Below are positions 8,671-15,498 of a stretch of 24,499 nt of DNA, in pieces (position 1 is the first letter of the stretch; each line of letters opens with the position of its first letter). Under the pieces are notes generated by a model. That model worked only from the letters and a program-made list of their open reading frames with translations. It was not told the origin of the DNA and did not search any database. This DNA comes from a bacterium (GTDB lineage: Bacteria; Zhuqueibacterota; Zhuqueibacteria; Zhuqueibacterales; Zhuqueibacteraceae). A program made the translations under genes and the position numbers. Where the stretch lies: contig JBIOXB010000074.1 in assembly GCA_044869275.1 (NCBI GenBank), positions 1-24,499 of the forward strand, written 5' to 3'.

Positions 8671-9501
8671 TTACTCTTTGATAATCGCGAACGCTTGCTC
8701 GACGCTGGCACCCTCGTGCACGAGGGCCATCAATGCGCGTGTCATGTGCACCGGCTTTTCGTGTTGAATGATGTTGCGGCCATAAACAATACCGCTCGCG
8801 CCTTGCTGCATGAGATCATAGGTTCTTTGCAAAACCTCGCGTGTACTGGCCTTGCCGCCGCCGCGCGGCAGCACCGGCCGCCCGGCGATTTCGATGACGC
8901 GATGGTACTGGCTCACCTCGTCGCAAGGATCGGCTTTGATGATGTCCGCGCCCAATTCGCAAGCCTGGCGCACCAGCGGCAAAATCTTATTGAGATCGCC
9001 GTCCACCTGATAGCCGCCTTTTTCTTCATTGGGCCGCATTACCAGCGGCTCGACCATGAGCGGCATGCCATAACGCTCACACACCGGCTTGAGGTGGCTG
9101 ACATTCTCGACGCACTGCCGATGTAAATCTGGTTGATTGGGCAAGATCAGCAGATTCATTACCACGCACGCGGCATCCAGCACCAGTGCCTGCTCGACCG
9201 CGTCCGCAATCAAGTGACTGAACAAAACCTCGTGCACTTTGGCATTGTAGCAATTCGCGACATCGGTGCGCAGCACCAAGGCCGGCTTGTCCTTGCCGGG
9301 TATGTTTTGCAGAATTTCCCCCTGTCCCACGGTGAGTTGAATGGCGTCAGGCTGCGCGGCCGCGAGGGCATGAATGGCTTTTTCAATGTTCTCAATGCCG
9401 CTCAGGAAGCTCGCTTCATTGAAGAAACCATGGTCGAGGGCGACATCCAGGCATTTGCCGGTTTTGCCGAAGAGGCGATGGAGGCGGTGTTTGTTGCGCA
9501 T
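8671..9501 (-). CDS. Class I aldolase, DhnA/LsrF-like (fructose-bisphosphate aldolase superfamily)
   Basis: DVALDHG, LVLRTD, MPLMVEP, Schiff-base lysine in ELGADIIKAD, RGGG and GIVYGRNI. Start placed at ATG 9501 with AGGAG upstream; the ORF extension to 9684 crosses a repeat and the SSS gene. Confidence 0.9.
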   Translation of the reverse strand: MRNKHRLHRLFGKTGKCLDVALDHGFFNEASFLSGIENIEKAIHALAAAQPDAIQLTVGQGEILQNIPGKDKPALVLRTDVANCYNAKVHEVLFSHLIADAVEQALVLDAACVVMNLLILPNQPDLHRQCVENVSHLKPVCERYGMPLMVEPLVMRPNEEKGGYQVDGDLNKILPLVRQACELGADIIKADPCDEVSQYHRVIEIAGRPVLPRGGGKASTREVLQRTYDLMQQGASGIVYGRNIIQHEKPVHMTRALMALVHEGASVEQAFAIIKE

Positions 9502-9530
9502 GTATTCGTTGTGTCTCCTAATTATAGAAA

Positions 9531-9611
9531 AAAATCCAAAATCCAAAGCACAAAATCTAAAACTCATCCCTGGATGTTGCGCATTGAATTTTGAGCTTTG
9601 GATTTTGAGTT
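9531..9611. repeat. Palindromic 7-mer tandem-repeat hairpin (AAAATCC / GGATTTT family)
   Basis: AAAATCC-AAAATCC-AAAGCAC-AAAATCT, a spacer of about 20 bp, then TTGAATT-TTGAGCT-TTGGATT-TTGAGTT. Confidence 0.85.
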
Positions 9612-9623
9612 TCTTTGCTAACG

Positions 9624-11735
9624 TTACGCTCCGATATTCACCACAATCCACAACAGCAAAATAATCACACCCACCAACCCACACGTGCCGAAGAAACCGA
9701 AGTAATCCAGCTTTGTGGGCTTGTGAATTTCCCAGTGGGTTTTGGGAAAAAGCTTGCTCGATTCGAAGTGGTGCATGTGTGCGGCGTTTTCCCGAAGCAT
9801 GCGTGCATCTTCATCCAGTGTCGGTTGAATGGGGGTATGCACTCTTGCGAAGAAGTCATCCAGGGCTTTGCGGCTGGCGGGCTTGGTGAAATAGCTCAGC
9901 AGGATCAGGCACATCAGCGGAAACAAGGCGTCGAAAGCGAAGCGTGTAGCCTCGAGCTGAGCTTTGTTGAAGCCGGTGAAATCGACGCCGAACCAGCTCA
10001 ATACCCAGAGCTCGGCATTGAAACGGCCGATGCCGGTAAGGCGCGAGTTGGGGTCTGCCGGATTTTCGCGTGCGATGCGATCGAAGAAAAGAGGGTAGGG
10101 TGGCACGACCCGCGTTTTGCTGATGCGCTCACCGGCGTGCTGCGCCCGGCCGGCCTCCACGTCCGCTTGCAAAGCCTTGGTCTCGACCATAATTTGCCGT
10201 TCCTGCGTTTGCTTGAGAAACGGCTCGTGCGTGCGTGTGCCCTCCCACGAGGTAAAAACATTGGGGATGATCACGATGATGAGAAAGGAAACAAAAATCT
10301 GAATCGTGACGGCGGCAGCGCTCAATCTGCGCCACATGAAACCCAGCCAAATTGCCGCGCCGAAAATGGCCGGCATGCTGATGAAGTATTTGAACAATTC
10401 CAGGAGATTTTTCACGTACAGCGCCATGCCTATGCCGCCGAAAATAGTGAGGAAAATAATGACGCGGCCAACGTTGATGTAGTGCAACTCGGATTTTTCC
10501 GGCAGAATGGGCTTGTACACTTGATTGACGAACAACGCCGCAAGCGAGACCGACTGCACGTCCAACGACGACATGTTGGCGGCGAGGATGCCGACCATCA
10601 TGATGCCAATGAATCCGGGCCCGAGCAATTGTTTGGTCATGTAACCCCAGATCAGATCCGGATCATTGAGCTGCCCGGCAAATAGGCCGATGGCGAGCAA
10701 TCCGGCCAGCGCCCAGAAGATCATCATCACGCGTTTGAACATCATTCCGCCGATCATGCCGAAGCGCGCGGTGTTCTCGTTTGTCGCCGAGCCCGCCACT
10801 TGCATCCCGGTTCCGACCGCCACGATGGAAACCAGATTGGCAAACGACATGGCGAGGATCGTATACCAGGCATATTCGCTCAAGGCTTCGGTGCCAAACA
10901 ACCAGAACATGTGCTCGGGCACGGAGGCATGCAATCCCGAGAACCCTCCCACTTTTGCCAGCCCGAAAGGTATGAGCAAGCAGGAAAAGAAAACCATCAG
11001 AATACCCTGCACCACATCGGTAACCGCCGCCGCGGTCAGTCCGCCCAACAGCACATAGATACACACGATGCTGCCATAAACGAAATAGAAGTAAACCGGT
11101 TTTACGTAAGATACAAACGCGCCCAGTTTGCCCTGACTGTCCATGCTGCGCAATTCCTGAAAGCGCGCCTGCTGTTCTTCCGCGAGGTGGCCGTCGGTAT
11201 ACTGTTGCCGCAATTCACGATACTCGAAATAAGATTCGACACGCGTTCTTTCCGCGACGGTGTATTCCGCAGGTGGCTTGGGTGTCAGCGCCATGAAGGT
11301 CTTGGCCGAAACGAGGTAACCCACGGCCGTGCCAAAGAGCGCCATGATGATGGTGAAGACCGCAAAAGCGGCGCCGAGAAATCTGCTTTCAAATCGTTCG
11401 GTGAAGAAGTCGCCGATCGTCACCATGCGGGCGCGGCGAAACAGCATGGAGGTGAACCAATAAAAGGGTGTGAGAAACAAAACGAGATACTGAATCCACA
11501 TGCCGGCAATGCCCTGCCGATAGATCTCGCGCGAGACGGCGGCGGCCTGGCTGGCGTCGGTGGAACCGCCAAAATTGAGAAAGAACTGGTAGACACGCCC
11601 CATCTTGCGTCCGCCCATGAAATAATCATCAGTGTTGTGCATGCGCTCCTGCAGACGCTTGCCGATCCAGATCATGGCTGCAAAATATGCTATGATAATG
11701 GCAACGTCCAAGATGTGCATGCCGATGATGTGCAT
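9624..11735 (-). CDS. Sodium:solute symporter (SSS) family transporter
   Basis: Polytopic hydrophobic profile with DYFMGGRKMG, IYRQGIAG, TIGDFFTERF, YVLLGGLTAAAVTDVVQ and LAANMSSLD. ATG at 11735 has a GGAGG RBS. Confidence 0.92.
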   Translation of the reverse strand: MHIIGMHILDVAIIIAYFAAMIWIGKRLQERMHNTDDYFMGGRKMGRVYQFFLNFGGSTDASQAAAVSREIYRQGIAGMWIQYLVLFLTPFYWFTSMLFRRARMVTIGDFFTERFESRFLGAAFAVFTIIMALFGTAVGYLVSAKTFMALTPKPPAEYTVAERTRVESYFEYRELRQQYTDGHLAEEQQARFQELRSMDSQGKLGAFVSYVKPVYFYFVYGSIVCIYVLLGGLTAAAVTDVVQGILMVFFSCLLIPFGLAKVGGFSGLHASVPEHMFWLFGTEALSEYAWYTILAMSFANLVSIVAVGTGMQVAGSATNENTARFGMIGGMMFKRVMMIFWALAGLLAIGLFAGQLNDPDLIWGYMTKQLLGPGFIGIMMVGILAANMSSLDVQSVSLAALFVNQVYKPILPEKSELHYINVGRVIIFLTIFGGIGMALYVKNLLELFKYFISMPAIFGAAIWLGFMWRRLSAAAVTIQIFVSFLIIVIIPNVFTSWEGTRTHEPFLKQTQERQIMVETKALQADVEAGRAQHAGERISKTRVVPPYPLFFDRIARENPADPNSRLTGIGRFNAELWVLSWFGVDFTGFNKAQLEATRFAFDALFPLMCLILLSYFTKPASRKALDDFFARVHTPIQPTLDEDARMLRENAAHMHHFESSKLFPKTHWEIHKPTKLDYFGFFGTCGLVGVIILLLWIVVNIGA

Positions 11736-12409
11736 TCTGGCCTCCGCTTGGGGGTGAGAATTTAAGGCGGCGATTGCGCCGGTGGCCACACTCAAGTCGT
11801 GGCCTCGGCAATTTTACAGCAAATGCGATCGTGTATTGTTGAAGGAATTTGGGAAGTACTGGCCACAGCAGCAGTAATTTAACGCTGCCTGCGCCAATAT
11901 CATAGCCATTCCAGAGGATTCTTTTTTGTCATTTGGCGATGCGCGTGCCCGGAATGACGGGCAAATGATAACGGAGTTTGATTCGAATTGCAAGCGGCAA
12001 ATCTCGAGGATCACCCGGAATGGCTGTGCCAAAAAAGCCAATATTTTTAGCAGCGATGGCAAAGATATTGGCGGCAAAAATGATTGATTTTTGTGGTACT
12101 AGGCTGTTTTCCCCTTAGTTCTCCATAAACATACACGGCTGTGTAAGTCACGCAAGACGGTAGTCGCTTTTCCTCCGCTGTTTGAACTGCTTTTGATCGA
12201 AAAATTCATGATGTCGAAACGGTTCGTGCCTTAGCATGGTCTTTCTCATTCTGTGTTTTTTGGCCAGTATTAAAGCGCTCACACACAAATTGAATGAAGG
12301 AGGTGACGGATCTCAGCGATTTTGTTTCCATCGTGACAAAAAGTGCAGCCTCAATCGTCCATGAGAATGAGTTTGAATTTCATCTCCTGTCCTAACACGG
12401 AGGGTCGTT

Positions 12410-15352
12410 ATGCATGATCGAGTATTGAAACGTGTTGGTAGCGCCGTGCTGCTTGCCTGTGCTCTTTTGGGCGCCACCGGCGCCTTCGCGGGCTTGGGCA
12501 AGATCGCCGGCACGGTCAAAGACGCGCAAACCGGAGCCCCTCTGCCCGGTGCCAATTTGACCATCGCCGGCACCAGCTTTGGCGCCAACAGCGATGCCAA
12601 CGGGAATTATTTCATCCTGAACGTTCCCCCCGGAACCTACAGCATGAGAGTCACGTTCATCGGCTATGAAACCAAAGCCATCAACAACATTGCAGTGAGC
12701 CTGGATGTCACGACCCCGATCGACGTTTCCCTGACGGCCACTGCGGTCGTGGGTGAGGAGGTCGTGGTGGTGGCGGAACGGCCCCTGGTCGATAAGACCC
12801 TCACCGCTTCGCGCTCGAACATCGGCATTTCCGAGTTGAACAACACTCTGCCGACTTCGAGCCTGGCTGAGATCGTTGAAACCACGGCGAGCAGTTTCCG
12901 CGGCTATATTCGCGGCGGACGCAAGTATGACTCGCGCACCTTGGTGGACGGTATCAATATTTCCGACACCTACTTTTCCGCTGGCACAGGTGGCAACAAT
13001 GCTGCGGTTTATCAAGTATATACTGCGACCCGGCGTTCGGAGGGCGATGAAGCGAATGTTGTGGATGTAAACGCGCAATCGGTCTCGGAAATCGCGGTTT
13101 TGGCTGGTACATTCAACGCCGAGTACGATGCCGCCACAGCCGGCATCGTGAATATCGCCACGCGCGACGGCGGGCGCAAGCTCTCTGGCAAGTTCTTTTT
13201 GCGTAGCAGCGCTGGTGGTCTGGATCACGCCGGGCCTGATACATACAATGATTTGGCGCGCTATGAGGCCGACCGGCAATCACTGTACAACCGCAAAACA
13301 CGTGCCGACAGTGCGAGAGCGGATTTGATGACGTTCAACCAGGCCTCCATCGACGCCGTCGGTTATGGCGTAGATCCCACAGTTGATGGCGAGCTCTCTC
13401 TCGGCGGCCCATTGACCAGCAAGGGCAATTTCTACTTCACCGGCCGCTTGCTCAATTCCTATGGCCGCTTCCCTAATGAGTTTAATCGCGAGCTCAACAC
13501 TTCGCTGAAGCTCAATTATAATCTCAAAAGCACACAGAAGTTGACGGCAAACGTCATGCTCAATGATGGAGGTGTTCTGGGCGGCTGGAAGAATCGTCAG
13601 TTCAGCAGCCGGTTCAAATACTTTCCCGAAGGCAATGGGCAGAACGAGAAGCAAGGGCTGGTCAGTTATTTGGCGTGGACCAATACGATTTCGCCCAAGA
13701 CTTTTTATGATGTGCGCGCCAGCTACACCGGCCGCCTCTCACGTTTTGGTTATTCTGACGACGATGGCGACGGCATCATCTCACCGGGTGAAAATGGCGA
13801 TTTTCTGGTTCTCAACACCAAAGAACAATCCGAAAAATATCTTGGCGTGGGCGGCTCCGGCGTCATCGGAACCCGGCGCACCTTTTTTACAGGCGACCCG
13901 GGGAACGAGGCCTATTTCAGAGTGCCCTATAGCGGCGACCAGTATCGCTTTGGCCAGCCCGGGTTCTATTATGAAGAGCTGAAACGAAATGCGGTGCAAC
14001 TCAAGGCTGATTTCACCAGCCAAGTTACTTTCAATCACCAGCTCAAGGGCGGATTCTTGTACCGCTACCACACCGTGGAAGATTTCCAGCAGCGCACGCA
14101 AGTGGTCAAGACTTATGACCGGAATTTTCCCTTTGAGCAGACTTCTTACAAGCTGCATCCGAAAGAATACGCCGTCTATGTGCAAGACCGCATTGAATAC
14201 CAGGGCATCATTATCAATGCCGGCTTGCGCCTCGATGGTTTCAATACGGGCGCAGAGCAGTTCACAGATTTCTTCAATGTCTCTCGCACCGACACCTTGC
14301 CGAATGGTGCGCTTCAGCGTACGCAATTGCGCTCGGCCAGCGTACCCACAGAGTGGTTTTTAGGCCCACGCATCGGTATTTCGCACCCGATCTCAGCAAC
14401 TGCTGCCATGCATTACTCCTGGGGCCGTTTCTTCGCGCCCCCGCCTTTCAGTGCGCTCTACGAAAACTACGGCAACTGGTCCAATCCCTCGCTGCCGGTA
14501 TTGCAGGACGTTGCTTTGGAGCCTTCAAAAGCCACGGCATACGAAATTGGTGTGCAATGGTCTTTCCTCCCCGATTTTTCGCTGGATGCCACAGGATACT
14601 ATCGCGATATCAGCAACTATGGCACCGCCGGCTACACGATTGTGCCGGCAGCCGGGCAGGGCTTTGGTTCCTATACTTATTACACCAACGGTGGCTATGC
14701 CGATTCGCGTGGCATCGAGCTGACGGTTGAAAAGCGCCCGTCAGGATGGTTGTCTGGCCGCTTCTCTTACGCTTACAGTTACATCAAAGGCGCTCGAGAT
14801 GCTTCCAATATTTCTCCCAACAAAAACTCCTTCTCGAATGCTGCTGACGCCGCCACCGGTATTCCGTTTGAAGATCGCTATCAGTGGAATACCTACCCCG
14901 GTAACATCAACGGCGGCGGTAACGCCCTGGCTTCCGGCTTCGATCGCGAGCATCGCCTGGCGCTCACGTTCTTGATGGATTTTCCGTGGGACATCGACGT
15001 CACCGGCATCAGCACGGCACAAAGCGGCTTTTGGTATAATATCGTGCAGACCACCAGCGATCCGCGTGGCCGCCAGCAAGATCGCTCGCCGTGGAGCTAT
15101 CGTACCGACATGCGTCTTTCCAAAGGCTTCAATTTCGGCGGCTCCCGCTTGGGCCGCATTTTTGTGGAAGGCCGGAACCTTTTCAGTCAGTACAATATCC
15201 TGACCTGGGACAATTATAACCCAAACAGCGACAGGTTGTGGGAAGAAAAACAAAATCCCACGGGTGATTTGAACCGTGCGACCACGCCCGATGGTGTGCC
15301 GCTGATGGATATCGCGCGAGAGATTTATTTTGGCATTGATTTTTCGTTCTAG
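12410..15352 (+). CDS. TonB-dependent outer-membrane receptor with N-terminal carboxypeptidase-regulatory-like domain
   Basis: GGAGG RBS and a Sec signal ending AFA. N-terminal domain GKIAGTVKDAQTGAPLPGAN...NVPPGTY...FIGY. Plug motifs YIRGGR and AGTFNAEY..GIVNIAT, barrel motifs YVQDRIEY..INAGLRLD and PRIGISHP, and C-terminal FGIDFSF. Confidence 0.93.
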   Translation: MHDRVLKRVGSAVLLACALLGATGAFAGLGKIAGTVKDAQTGAPLPGANLTIAGTSFGANSDANGNYFILNVPPGTYSMRVTFIGYETKAINNIAVSLDVTTPIDVSLTATAVVGEEVVVVAERPLVDKTLTASRSNIGISELNNTLPTSSLAEIVETTASSFRGYIRGGRKYDSRTLVDGINISDTYFSAGTGGNNAAVYQVYTATRRSEGDEANVVDVNAQSVSEIAVLAGTFNAEYDAATAGIVNIATRDGGRKLSGKFFLRSSAGGLDHAGPDTYNDLARYEADRQSLYNRKTRADSARADLMTFNQASIDAVGYGVDPTVDGELSLGGPLTSKGNFYFTGRLLNSYGRFPNEFNRELNTSLKLNYNLKSTQKLTANVMLNDGGVLGGWKNRQFSSRFKYFPEGNGQNEKQGLVSYLAWTNTISPKTFYDVRASYTGRLSRFGYSDDDGDGIISPGENGDFLVLNTKEQSEKYLGVGGSGVIGTRRTFFTGDPGNEAYFRVPYSGDQYRFGQPGFYYEELKRNAVQLKADFTSQVTFNHQLKGGFLYRYHTVEDFQQRTQVVKTYDRNFPFEQTSYKLHPKEYAVYVQDRIEYQGIIINAGLRLDGFNTGAEQFTDFFNVSRTDTLPNGALQRTQLRSASVPTEWFLGPRIGISHPISATAAMHYSWGRFFAPPPFSALYENYGNWSNPSLPVLQDVALEPSKATAYEIGVQWSFLPDFSLDATGYYRDISNYGTAGYTIVPAAGQGFGSYTYYTNGGYADSRGIELTVEKRPSGWLSGRFSYAYSYIKGARDASNISPNKNSFSNAADAATGIPFEDRYQWNTYPGNINGGGNALASGFDREHRLALTFLMDFPWDIDVTGISTAQSGFWYNIVQTTSDPRGRQQDRSPWSYRTDMRLSKGFNFGGSRLGRIFVEGRNLFSQYNILTWDNYNPNSDRLWEEKQNPTGDLNRATTPDGVPLMDIAREIYFGIDFSF

Positions 15353-15387
15353 TGCATTGTGCCGCGAACTCATGTGAACACATGAAT

Positions 15388-15460
15388 ATGTCATTTAGAC
15401 GGAATCTTGTGACGCACAAGCACAGTGCCTAATTCTACCAAGATTCGATTAGAATGACAT
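15388..15460. repeat. REP-like inverted doublet (ATGTCAT family), uninterrupted copy
   Basis: ATGTCATTTAGACGGAATCTTG (15388-15409) pairs with CAAGATTCGATTAGAATGACAT (15439-15460). Confidence 0.8.
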
Positions 15461-15498
15461 CCTGGGTAGTGAGAAACAATCCTATCGTGAGGAGCCGT

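Noticed and set aside
9502..9684. 61-aa N-terminal extension of the aldolase
   Set aside because: It overlaps the SSS gene 3' end and the 7-mer repeat, whereas ATG 9501 has an AGGAG RBS.
9615..11765. Long plus-strand ORFs (356 aa and 321 aa)
   Set aside because: They are antisense shadows of the SSS gene with no recognisable motifs.
11814..12077. 87-aa ORF in the divergent intergenic region as a possible leader peptide or regulator
   Set aside because: It has a TTG start, no RBS and no motif, and it coincides with the palindromic region. It cannot be supported from sequence alone.
15454..15498. Upstream starts at 15454, 18092 and 19404 given by the ORF track
   Set aside because: 15454 and 19404 fall inside REP arms and 18092 lacks an RBS. 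Downstream ATGs (15499, 18152, 19470) have RBSs and give proper signal peptides.
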